Sequence record: NC_070958.1
Length of the DNA stretch: 64,000 nucleotides
Strand: one strand, 5' to 3'
Part shown: positions 27,430-37,300 of the stretch, one piece after another
How the letters are laid out: each line of letters opens with the position of its first letter
Numbering within the stretch: the stretch's first letter is position 1
Translations under genes and position numbers: made by a program
Notes under the pieces: generated by a model
What the model was told of the DNA's origin: nothing
Seen by the model: only the letters and a program-made list of their open reading frames with translations
Database searches by the model: none

Positions 27430-29004
27430 ATGCAAACTCAAACTTATGATTGGACTGGTGAGTTCAACAAAATGATGGTAAACAGTCTGATCACAACGTT
27501 TGGGTTAGACCCAATGTTGTTTGATGACAAACGAGGTGGTAACGTCACCACTCTCCACAATGTTCGTTCTGAAGGTCTTGTGGCTGGAGAGCATCATCGT
27601 GAACTGATAGCGAATAAGCCAGGGTATGACGCACACGCCGCTCATAACGTTAAGGAGTTCCTTGACGCTAAAGCCGAACTCAAGGTATTGCGTAAAAGCG
27701 GCGCAGAGATCCAGGATGCTTACTCGGATCAAATCCTTAACAATTCCAGAACTGACCTGGATCACATCGTCTCTGCTAAGGCGATTGATGCAGATCCGGC
27801 AAGAATCATTTCTGGATTGAACGTGGGTGAACTTGCCGCCATAGAGGAAAACCTCACTCCTACCTCTGCAAGTATTAACCGTTCCAAAGGTGCTGATTCC
27901 GCTGATGAGTTCGAGAAGCGTATTAAACGTGATCAGAAAGTCAGGGATAAGTTCAGAGCGAGTATCGCTGGGAGAACAGATCTATCCAAGGAAGAACAGC
28001 AAACCCTTAATCTTTACGATCAACAAGAGATGATCGATTTCGATAAGATGCGGGAGCTTGAAGCAAAGGCCAATAACGCTCGTCAACGTAAAGAGGACGA
28101 TGCTTATTATGCGAGTGTTGACTTTGCCAAGCACACAATCAAGGACGCCGGTATTAGCGGTGTAAAGAACGGGACCAAGTTGGTACTCGGCACTTTGTTC
28201 ACTGAACTCTGGTTTGAACTTAAAGCAGGTATCCCCGAGATCTATAAGAAACATTCCGGACATTTCGTTCTCGTTAACTTTATGTCTGATGTTCGTGATC
28301 TCCTGGATAAATGCTGGGAACGGATCATGGTTAAGATAGCTGAGGTTCCGGCGTTGTTTATGAACGGCTTGTTCTCTGGTGTAATTACCAGTGTAACAAC
28401 CACCGTAGTTAACAAGGCCACCACTACCGTTAAGCTCTTTGGTCGTTTCTTCAGAACGATCTTTGACGCCATTATCGCTAGTATCAAAATGATTGTCTTC
28501 CCGCCAGCAGGTATGAAGGCCAGCGAACGCGCACAAGGTGTTGTGAACATCCTGTCAGTAGCAATCGCTGGGTGCGTAGGGATCGCCGTTAATGGTGCTG
28601 TAAATGCCAGTTACACAGGTCCCTTCGCAGAAGAGGTTGGTCTCTTCCTGGGCATGCTGGCCACAGGTATTGTAACTATTACCTGTGGTTACTTCATTAA
28701 CCATTCACCAACAGTTCAGAAGTTCTGGAATTTCTTCAACCACTTCAAATCAACAGAGGTGCAAACTCTCGAACACACTAACATGCTTAATGAGAAGCTG
28801 AATAAGTTGTTCGAGGATGTCGCTGAAGTTGAAATGGGGTTGAATGCAGAAGAACTTTCACAGTTTGTTTCATCCTTGCGTGGAAGCAGCACCGAATCTG
28901 ATCGCACTCAAGTACTGAAAGTACAGATCGAGAAGATGGGTATTGACTCGCCATTCATCCCAGGAGATATCGAATCCATCGATTCCTGGTTAGCAACACT
29001 TTAA
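27430..29004 (+). CDS. HNH-like motif plus C-terminal membrane hairpin protein, partner of 26408..27418
   Basis: GGNVTTLHNVR, DLDHIVSAK...NLTPTSASINRSKG (DH...N...N pattern), coiled coil, then hydrophobic GVVNILSVAIAGCVGIAV...VGLFLGMLATGIVTITCGYFI. Confidence 0.8.
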   Translation: MQTQTYDWTGEFNKMMVNSLITTFGLDPMLFDDKRGGNVTTLHNVRSEGLVAGEHHRELIANKPGYDAHAAHNVKEFLDAKAELKVLRKSGAEIQDAYSDQILNNSRTDLDHIVSAKAIDADPARIISGLNVGELAAIEENLTPTSASINRSKGADSADEFEKRIKRDQKVRDKFRASIAGRTDLSKEEQQTLNLYDQQEMIDFDKMRELEAKANNARQRKEDDAYYASVDFAKHTIKDAGISGVKNGTKLVLGTLFTELWFELKAGIPEIYKKHSGHFVLVNFMSDVRDLLDKCWERIMVKIAEVPALFMNGLFSGVITSVTTTVVNKATTTVKLFGRFFRTIFDAIIASIKMIVFPPAGMKASERAQGVVNILSVAIAGCVGIAVNGAVNASYTGPFAEEVGLFLGMLATGIVTITCGYFINHSPTVQKFWNFFNHFKSTEVQTLEHTNMLNEKLNKLFEDVAEVEMGLNAEELSQFVSSLRGSSTESDRTQVLKVQIEKMGIDSPFIPGDIESIDSWLATL

Positions 29005-29023
29005 ACCAATTGAGGTAACTACC

Positions 29024-29482
29024 ATGAAAAAGATTATTATCGCTAGCGCTTTTGTATTTTGTTCATTTGCAGTTCAAGCCGCTGACGTAGCCGTGCTGGG
29101 TGGTGGAATGTCCTATCACTTCAAACATGAAGGTCAGAACCAGGTACATCCCAGCATCGGGGTACAGATCGATAACTTCTCCGTTCTGTACACCACCAAG
29201 AATTCCATTGAACTCCCGTCCCTCCAGGTAGCTTATGGCGACAACTTCTTTGAATCCAAAGTTGTTGACTTCGGATATCGGGTTGGCCTTGCCACTGGGT
29301 ATCGTAAGGGGCACAAGTACAGTAACGGTGAATACTACTACGATGGGCACGAGATCGGAAACACTGGACTTCTCCCTCTGGTGACCATCACCACCACCAT
29401 CCACACCCCAATCCCCAAACTTGACTTGGTCGCTGATACAGCACCTAACGTAGTAATGTTTGGTTTTAAATACAACCTGTAA
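29024..29482 (+). CDS. Exported small outer-membrane beta-barrel-like protein
   Basis: Signal peptide MKKIIIASAFVFCSFAVQA; alternating beta-strand pattern; C-terminal VVMFGFKYNL resembling a BAM beta-signal. Confidence 0.65.
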   Translation: MKKIIIASAFVFCSFAVQAADVAVLGGGMSYHFKHEGQNQVHPSIGVQIDNFSVLYTTKNSIELPSLQVAYGDNFFESKVVDFGYRVGLATGYRKGHKYSNGEYYYDGHEIGNTGLLPLVTITTTIHTPIPKLDLVADTAPNVVMFGFKYNL

Positions 29483-29492
29483 GGAGTTAACT

Positions 29493-29723
29493 ATGTCTAT
29501 TCTGGAAATGATCGCACTGACTTGCAGCCTGTTTATCATCGCTGTGTCGTTCATCGCGATATACCATATCAACAGAATGAAGAACCTCTGCTACAACGAT
29601 TACGTTGTTCGTGGCGAGATCTGGAGGGTCAGACTGGTGGCTTGGTCCATCAATGCGTTCCTTCTGATCAGTGTTCTCAGACTGGTCATGTCGATCTGGA
29701 TCTATTTCAGCAAAATGTTCTAA
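29493..29723 (+). CDS. Small two-TM membrane protein
   Basis: AAGGAG RBS before ATG 29493; two hydrophobic segments. Confidence 0.65.
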   Translation: MSILEMIALTCSLFIIAVSFIAIYHINRMKNLCYNDYVVRGEIWRVRLVAWSINAFLLISVLRLVMSIWIYFSKMF

Positions 29724-29740
29724 TCTATATTTTCTTACCT

Positions 29741-29758
29741 AGATATCATTGTTATGTC
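29741..29758 (+). promoter_or_regulatory. Putative phage promoter motif, copy 5
   Basis: AGATATCATT-gtta-TGTC. Confidence 0.6.
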
Positions 29759-29799
29759 AATGAGTAGAAGTATCCATCCATAAACAAAGGAATAATACC

Positions 29800-30621
29800 A
29801 TGAAAACTCTGCCTAATGAATTCCTGAAAGTAAACCCGATCGCAAGCCAAGTCATCCCGCTCTACTTTGAAGATGCGTGGAACATGAACTCCCAGGGTTC
29901 TTGGAAGATCAATGGACGTCATGACGATGTCGGTTACGACGTCGAGATCGTTCACGCCTTGGGCTCTGTAATCGTCCGTGGGACGTTTGGGCACAATGTT
30001 GGTGTCATTACCATGCCCCGGAATAGCATGGCTAAAATGGCCATTGGAGAGAGCATGGTGCAGGCAGTTGGTAATCTTGACAACTCGCGTCTCTGTAGCG
30101 AAGCCAACCCCCAGTCCAAAGATAAGATCCTGGCTCTGTTCGATGCTGCGTTCTCCAGGGCCAAGCGCGAGGTCAACTACTTCAAAGCAAGTAATGCCGG
30201 CTACAAGGGTGCTGACCTGATGCGTCAAGCCGAGTTCATCGGCCTGGGTGCGATTCTGACCCGACTGATTGCGAACCGGAAGATCTCCATGGGTGACTTC
30301 GAAGTACTCACCATGAGTGGTTGGGAGATTGATTTCGATCGCATGACCGAGATCAACGAAGGCAAAGTTGGTCTCTTCGATGCCCCGGCTATCATCCTTC
30401 GTTCGACTGCAAAGGTGGATATCCACGTCACTCTCAAGGCGACAGGTACTATTATAGTCTCCTTGATAGAACAGGTTGAAGGTGAGGTCATTCACCGGAC
30501 AACTCTCCCCATGGGAGTATGTGACCAGATCACCGGCACTCATTCCTCGTTGAATGAGAACTGCACCAGCATGTTCGTAGAACTCTCCAAGTATATTTTA
30601 GGGGGTAAGAACAGGAGTTAA
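29800..30621 (+). CDS. Hypothetical protein
   Basis: 273-aa ORF with AAGGA RBS. Confidence 0.8.
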   Translation: MKTLPNEFLKVNPIASQVIPLYFEDAWNMNSQGSWKINGRHDDVGYDVEIVHALGSVIVRGTFGHNVGVITMPRNSMAKMAIGESMVQAVGNLDNSRLCSEANPQSKDKILALFDAAFSRAKREVNYFKASNAGYKGADLMRQAEFIGLGAILTRLIANRKISMGDFEVLTMSGWEIDFDRMTEINEGKVGLFDAPAIILRSTAKVDIHVTLKATGTIIVSLIEQVEGEVIHRTTLPMGVCDQITGTHSSLNENCTSMFVELSKYILGGKNRS

Positions 30622-30623
30622 CC

Positions 30624-30992
30624 GTGAAACCCATCAGGATCAATCCGAGAGCTCAAGCGATTAACGTGGACTACTTGCCCACGCCAAAGCAGTTGGAAGA
30701 ATGGCACGATGAAGATGCGGTCATTAATCATCTAGCCAAGAAAGTATTAACAAAGTGGTATCAAGTACCTGCCAATAAGGTAGAGAAAGATAAAGCATTG
30801 TTATTCCTTCCGCAGGGTAAGTTGTACGACACACTTATTCCGAAGATGGGAATCAACAAGAGGGATGCGTTTAACCATATGGTGATCGTCCATGGGATGA
30901 CAGAACCTGGTTCTCTGCAACTTCACTTGATGATGTACTTTCTTTGTAAGTGGTTCACCAAGAGTTCTCTAAGAACTTATTCTGAAGCCTAA
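30624..30992 (+). CDS. Hypothetical protein
   Basis: CAGGAG RBS with GTG start; followed by a terminator. Confidence 0.75.
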   Translation: MKPIRINPRAQAINVDYLPTPKQLEEWHDEDAVINHLAKKVLTKWYQVPANKVEKDKALLFLPQGKLYDTLIPKMGINKRDAFNHMVIVHGMTEPGSLQLHLMMYFLCKWFTKSSLRTYSEA

Positions 30993-30993
30993 T

Positions 30994-31026
30994 AACTCTC
31001 TGTCACCCAATGGGTGACAGAGAGTT
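30994..31026. terminator. Intrinsic terminator
   Basis: AACTCTCTGTCACCC/GGGTGACAGAGAGTT 15-bp stem with T-rich flank. Confidence 0.85.
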
Positions 31027-31228
31027 TACTATTTATTATTTCTTTTTGGTCATCGGAATGACAACAGGGCGTTTATACCTGTCATCACCACGACAACTTC
31101 TGGGTTGGAACGCGAGATCAATACCTTCTGTGCTGTGATCAGCTATTACATGTACCTTTCTATTTATGCGCAACCCGAAATTAGTCATGGATTCAACGTT
31201 AAAAATTAATATGGAAATGAATTCAGAC

Positions 31229-31246
31229 ATATATAATTACAGTGTA
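31229..31246 (+). promoter_or_regulatory. Putative phage promoter motif, copy 6 (variant)
   Basis: ATATATAATT-acag-TGTA upstream of the YadA-like gene. Confidence 0.5.
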
Positions 31247-31356
31247 AATACATACGGTATTTATATCTAACTTAACTTGTTATGTTTTGACTAGAACTAT
31301 AGTCAAACAAACCTACTTGTAATTTTTCAAGTAGATAAACAAAGAGGAAATACTCT

Positions 31357-34227
31357 ATGAAGAAGTCATGCATTGCCATTCTGGTTTGGGCCGCTGTATC
31401 GGTTGCACCTTTCAACGCTACAGCGGCGAATATGAACGTTGACCAAGAAGGAACTTGGAGTCCCAACTGGGTCGATAAAAACGAAGGTGGTTACAACAAC
31501 GGGACCCGCAACCCGTATTGTAAAGATAATGAAAACGCCGGAAGCTGGGGTGCTGATGGTTGCACTCAAAACCACAAGAACGATGAATACGTTCAGTGGG
31601 GCGAGATGCGTGGTGTAGTTGCTGACATTCAAACCCTCAACACCTGGACCACCTGGAACAACGAGCACGTCAAAGCAGCCGAGAAAGACATTGCGGTCAT
31701 CAATGGCAAGATCGAGAAATTCGAATACGTCGGAACCCAGATCGCCGGCAACATCGATGTCATCGTTGACAAGGGTACCAGTGTCGTCGAAGGTGCTAAG
31801 ACCAGCATCAACAACAGCATCGACGGTAAGATCGAAATCGCCAAGGGTGAAGTTAATACCCAGATCGACAACTCCATCACTAACATTGTGAACGGTGGCA
31901 ACACCGAAATCAATGCCAAGTGGGAAGGTGCCAAGGCCACCGCTAACGATTTCGACGAGCGGATCACCGCTAACAAGAATCGTATCGATGACCAAGCCGG
32001 TCGTATTGGTAAGGTTGAAGATCTCAGTGCACAGAACGCCAAAGATGTCAAAGCAGCTAACAAAGAACTTGTCCGTCTGGACAATGTCAAAGCTGACAAG
32101 ACTGACCTGGACGCTCTGGGTGGTCGTGTCGACGTAATCGAAGGTGACGTAGCCACCATCAATGGTAAGATCGAGAAGGTTGAAGGTAACAAAGACCTGA
32201 TCATCTCCAAGGCTGGCGATGCGTACACCAACGTACGTACCGACATCACCAACGAAATCAACAGCACTGTAACTGGTGCAATTGATGTTGCGATTGACAA
32301 TGCCAAAACCACTGTGAACAACAAGTGGGAAGAAAACAAAGGTGACATCGTTGCCAATGTTAACGGCAAAGTCGAGAACATCCAAAATGACATCACCAAC
32401 AACGTGATGAACCAAATTGGTGACATCGTAATTGATGGTAACAGCGAAACCGTTATCAACATCAAGAACGACATTACCAAGGATGTAACCAACCAACTCA
32501 AACTCGATGGCAAGGGCGTTGCTCTGAACATCAAGAAAGAGATCCAGGAAGGTAACAACGACATCTACAACAACATCTCCGGTAAGATCGAAGGTAAGTT
32601 CGATGATCAGTACGCTACCCTGGTAGCTATGGGTCAGGCTGAGTCCGATCGTCTGGAAGTTAAGAAGGCTGACAAAGCAGATCTCGATGCCGCTGTACAA
32701 GCTGGTAAAGATGAAGCTGCCAACATCAATGCTTCTATTGGTGCAATGGGTGACCGTGTAACCAATGTTGAAGGTGACGTGTCCAACATCAAGCAGGATG
32801 TAACCAACATCCAGGGTGATATCACCACTATCCAAGGTGACGTTGCTAACATCAACGGCAAAATCTCTTACGTCGAAAACAACAGCCAGGAAATCATCAA
32901 CAAGGCTGGTGCTGCTGTAGACGCCAAGATCGATGTTGCTTACGAAGGTGCCAAGACCGAAGTGACCAATCTGTACGACAACGCTCGTACCGAAATCACT
33001 AACGAAATTGACAACGCCGTAAACGTTGCTGTGGAAGGTGCTCGTACTGAAGTTAACAACAAGTACGAAACCATCAAGAACGAAGTCGTTAACGGTGATA
33101 ACAACACCTACAATTCCATCAAAGCTGACATCAGCAAAGATGTGAAGAACGAAATCGTCAACAACATCACTGAAGGTAACAATACCGTTGTAAACGAAAT
33201 CAAAGATGGTCTGGTTGAAGAAATCCGCGAAGAAGGTAAAACTGTCGTAGTGGATCTCCAAGACCAAATCGATGCGGCTAACGCACGTATCGATGTACAG
33301 ACCGGTCGTGGTGAGCAAGCTTGGGCTTCCTATCAAGAAGACCGTGCGTATGCCACCCAGCAGTATACCCAGGATCGTCAAGTTGCCGTAACCACTTACA
33401 ACAACGCCCGCGTTGAAGCTGAAAGTGCTTATGTTACTATGGATGATAAGAAAGCCGACAAGTCCGATCTGGATGTATTGAATGACAAAATCGATGGTGT
33501 CGCTGCCAACGGTAAGACCGACGAAGAAATCAAGGCTATCGCAGACCAAGCTGCTGCTGACGCTGTGAACAATGCCAAGAAAGAAGTCGTCGTGGCTGTT
33601 AAAGACAAAGCTCCCGCAGCTAACGAAGCTGTAACCGCTGCTAAGACCGAAGCTAAAAAGCAGGTACAAGCTAGTATCGATGCGTCTATCTCCAAAGCGA
33701 AAGCTGCCGCTAAAGACCAAGCTGGTCAGGCTGTTGCTGCTGCTAAAGAGAAAGCACGTGCCGAGCTGGCCGCTGCCATGCCTGAGCTGAAAGGTAAAGC
33801 AGAAGTTGTTCGTACCGAAGCTGTTGAAACCCGCAAGCGTGCTGACCTGGCCCTGAAAGCCACCCAGGACAACCACACTGCAATTCAACAAGAGCGTGCT
33901 GATCGTATCCAAGGTCAGCGTGAGACTCTGCAATCTGCCAACAACTACACTGATCAGAAAGTTGAACAACTGCGTGGTGAAGTCGAGCATAACCGTCGTA
34001 AAGCTGCCGCTGGTATCGCTGGCGTGGCTGCAATGACCAACATCCCGACTATCTCCCAAGGTAAGAACTTCGCGATTGGTGCTGGTATGGGTTACTACGA
34101 TGGCGAGCAATCCCTGGCTATCGGTTCCCAAGGTCGTTTCAACGAGAACCTCACTGGTAAAGCAACTATCTCCACCGACTTCCACGGCAACACTGTAATT
34201 GGTGCTGGCGTAGGTTTCGAGTGGTAA
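31357..34227 (+). CDS. Trimeric autotransporter adhesin (YadA-like)
   Basis: Sec signal MKKSCIAILVWAAVSVAPFNATA; long coiled-coil stalk with NGKI and KADKxDL repeats; ANNYTDQKV connector; C-terminal YadA anchor AAAGIAGVAAMTNIP...FAIGAGMGYYDGEQSLAIG...GAGVGFEW. Confidence 0.92.
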   Translation: MKKSCIAILVWAAVSVAPFNATAANMNVDQEGTWSPNWVDKNEGGYNNGTRNPYCKDNENAGSWGADGCTQNHKNDEYVQWGEMRGVVADIQTLNTWTTWNNEHVKAAEKDIAVINGKIEKFEYVGTQIAGNIDVIVDKGTSVVEGAKTSINNSIDGKIEIAKGEVNTQIDNSITNIVNGGNTEINAKWEGAKATANDFDERITANKNRIDDQAGRIGKVEDLSAQNAKDVKAANKELVRLDNVKADKTDLDALGGRVDVIEGDVATINGKIEKVEGNKDLIISKAGDAYTNVRTDITNEINSTVTGAIDVAIDNAKTTVNNKWEENKGDIVANVNGKVENIQNDITNNVMNQIGDIVIDGNSETVINIKNDITKDVTNQLKLDGKGVALNIKKEIQEGNNDIYNNISGKIEGKFDDQYATLVAMGQAESDRLEVKKADKADLDAAVQAGKDEAANINASIGAMGDRVTNVEGDVSNIKQDVTNIQGDITTIQGDVANINGKISYVENNSQEIINKAGAAVDAKIDVAYEGAKTEVTNLYDNARTEITNEIDNAVNVAVEGARTEVNNKYETIKNEVVNGDNNTYNSIKADISKDVKNEIVNNITEGNNTVVNEIKDGLVEEIREEGKTVVVDLQDQIDAANARIDVQTGRGEQAWASYQEDRAYATQQYTQDRQVAVTTYNNARVEAESAYVTMDDKKADKSDLDVLNDKIDGVAANGKTDEEIKAIADQAAADAVNNAKKEVVVAVKDKAPAANEAVTAAKTEAKKQVQASIDASISKAKAAAKDQAGQAVAAAKEKARAELAAAMPELKGKAEVVRTEAVETRKRADLALKATQDNHTAIQQERADRIQGQRETLQSANNYTDQKVEQLRGEVEHNRRKAAAGIAGVAAMTNIPTISQGKNFAIGAGMGYYDGEQSLAIGSQGRFNENLTGKATISTDFHGNTVIGAGVGFEW

Positions 34228-34242
34228 CGTAATAAAGTGATA

Positions 34243-34276
34243 AACTCCTACCTCCCTTAACGGGGAGGTAGGAGTT
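34243..34276. terminator. Bidirectional intrinsic terminator
   Basis: AACTCCTACCTCCC/GGGAGGTAGGAGTT stem between convergent genes; closely similar to the 2091 terminator. Confidence 0.85.
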
Positions 34277-34300
34277 CTTTATATCACTTATTTTTTTTTG

Positions 34301-37300
34301 TTACTTGACCATATTGATCGGAACAGTTACACGCCAATCCTTGGTTCTGAGGGATGTTTCTTGATCAGTGAATGTGAAGGACACATCTCCTGTACCAGCC
34401 TCACCTGTGGATGTGACTGTCATGGTTGTGTACCCGGAAGGATCCGGCTCACCAGTGATCTGTCCGACACTCTGGAAGAATCGATCATTCTTGACGACAT
34501 CCTTAGTGATGTTACCCTTCATAACCTTGAACTGACCACCCCACCTGTCTTGTCTCAGTACAAACTTAACTGTCGATGTCGCGTTATTAACCGCAGTACC
34601 TTCAGTCACACTAAGGACATTGACGGGTTGCTCCGGACAAACGTAAGTTCCCTCACACCTGACATTGAATTGCCGTTTAGCAATGGTTACCACCAATTCA
34701 GGCCAGAATTCACCACCGAGATGGCTAGTACTGACAGAGAGGTAGTATACGCCAGGGGCTGCCGATGGGGAGTGAATAAGGCTATTAGAATAACCTTGGA
34801 TTACAGGTAAACCAGGATCCTTGTTCTTCATACTCAATGTAAAGAAGGCCGCTCCCTGGAGAGGTTCCCCATCCACTTCAATACGGCACTTGATCCGTTG
34901 CATCTTGATGGGTTCAATACCTTCACTATCCGGATAGAGTACCAGATCAGTGATGGGTGGTCGAGCCATCTCAATGTTGCCAACCACACTGTGGGTGGTC
35001 ACTTTACCATCGGGCGCGGTATAAGTCGCACGAATAGTAAACGGTACGTCGTCGGTACTGAAGTAGGCGTCACGGTTAGTGAAGAACAGAAGTCCATTCG
35101 CATCAGTACCACGTTTCTCCATTGCGGTCTGGTTAACAACCCCTTCCCAAGTCTTGTCAAACGTAACTTCGATTTGGACATTGGGATCGTCAATAGCCAC
35201 TGGCTTATCGTCGTAAGAAAGTGACATGGGCATGCTTTCTACTTCGTACGGCTGCCAGTTCAACAGTGCTTGGTGGGTGATAAGGATATTCTCATCAGCT
35301 TTCACTGTAGAGTCTATCGTTACCTTAGCCACCTGTGCTTCTGTAGGTGTTGTGATATCGTTCCTTGTAAACGCCACTACGTTCTTGTGGGATCCAGGTG
35401 CGATCATCTTCCAAGGAAGGTCAAGACTCTTCCCAGTCACCTTTTCGGGAACACCGATCTGTAAACCACCGGTGGTCGTAGTGAAAGCGGGAACTGTCTT
35501 GTGGTTATCCGTGAAACGAGTCTCATCATTCCACAATGCAAATGACACCACACCCTTATCGTCACGTTTACCGTCAAGAGTGAACAGATTAGGTATCGCC
35601 AGGAAATCAGGACCGTCGTAAGGCTTGAGAGTGAACTTCTTGGTGTACGAGAAACGACGCCAGCCATTATCGACACCAATAGCCATATCAAACTTTACAT
35701 CTACCACCTTTTCCTCGGTTACTTTCTTGATGTAGAGCCACGCTGTTTTATCCCAAGTATAAGGATCGATATGCTTCACGACTTCTTTACCAGGTGTGGT
35801 AACAAAGTCAATCAAGACATCTCTTGTCCGTTCTTCGCCGTTCACCAATACCTTAACTGGGAGGCCGCCACCATCATAACGATTTGCAATAATGTTTTCG
35901 CCGGACAGCGGAATGACAGAGATAACGGAATCTTTGACGATATTGGGATAGACGTAAAGTTGGTCCCACCAAATCGTTCCCTGAGGAGATACGTAGTGAC
36001 TCTTGAATCCAACTGTGTCGGTCACCATCACACCAGGTTGACCAGAGTCTCTGATCACTTCATAGAACAACCGGTTAGGTTCGGCACGAGTCAACTGGAT
36101 AAGTTTCTTGGGTCCCAATTCTTCACCAACTGGGAAATCCATGTCCTCAGTAGGAATGTTCTTCCCACCAATTGCGGCGATATAGTTGGTGTAGAGTGTC
36201 TCCCCTTTCTTACCAGTCAAGCCGTTGGGATCCAATTTGACCTGTGTGAGTCTACCGTATCCAGGGATGGCTTTGGTGATTTCCAGATCAATGAAACACT
36301 TGGCCGTGTAAACCTCGGTAAGGACTGTATGACGGAACGTCCCTATCAACAGGTCTAACAACACCCCGTCTGTGACAGCGTTGGTAATCGGACCTGTATA
36401 GAGGACACCACCCTTGTACTCTCCCTTGGACCGAACACTTACGCCGTGGAGCATGGATGTCATGTATTCCGGGACAGTTGCCAGTTTAATGGGTGCGCCT
36501 TTAAACTTCGCCTTCACCACGATACCCAGCTCGGCGCCAGTCGGTGCGTTAATAAGCAACGGATATCCGTAAAGCGTTAAATCAGAAGGAGTGTCTTTCT
36601 GGATTTTCACGATCATCTTTGCGGTAGTGTCGTAGTCGAAACCACCAGAGCTATGGATCATGTTTACTTGGATTTCCTCAATGAAATCTTCAGTAGCTGA
36701 TCCACGGAATGCCTTGATCACCATTTCCAGCTTGTTATCAGTGCGCTCGATGACCAATCGGTTAGACGGACTAAACGTCATGTCTACAAGAGTGGTAACG
36801 TCCACGTCACCAATGGTGAGTTTGAGGTTATGTCGGGCCTCTTGTCCACGCTGGATGTTGACGTTCTTGGGGATGTTGTGTTGTATGTCATTTAGACCCA
36901 ACTCTTCCCGGATTAGCTCACTTACGTAGATGATGACATTCTCGCTCCCGATCGCTTCGTCTGTTACCTTTACAGTTCCAGAAGTAAACGTGTTGGGATC
37001 GATGTCAGTGGCGTTCTTTCTCGACAACTCCATCGATTTAAAGAAGATATCTCCAAAGAGATCATTGATCGCTTGGAGATCATTCAGTTGGCGATTGGGT
37101 AAACACACCCCGATTGAATTACGCCAGGCCAAGAACAGCACTTTACCCTGGACGGTACCGCGTTTAAAACCTTCAATGAAATCTTCAAAGGTCATAATCA
37201 CTTCTACCGCGACACCAAAGTCCGTGAGAACGTCTCTGAGCGATACTTGTTCTAACTCCAGGTCAACCCTCGCAAAGTTACGAGAACGTCGTGTAAGGCA

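Noticed and set aside
31036-31230. 64-aa - strand ORF between the 30994 terminator and the adhesin promoter
   Set aside because: No convincing RBS or start and no motif I recognise. It could be a small real gene or remnant, but I cannot support it.
31366-34185. 939-aa antisense ORF opposite the YadA-like gene
   Set aside because: It mirrors the sense gene codon for codon. The sense strand's bias (AAC/ATC/GAC/GCT, with avoidance of TTA/CTA/TCA) removes antisense stops. The product is V/D/F/S-rich with no motifs and has no RBS.
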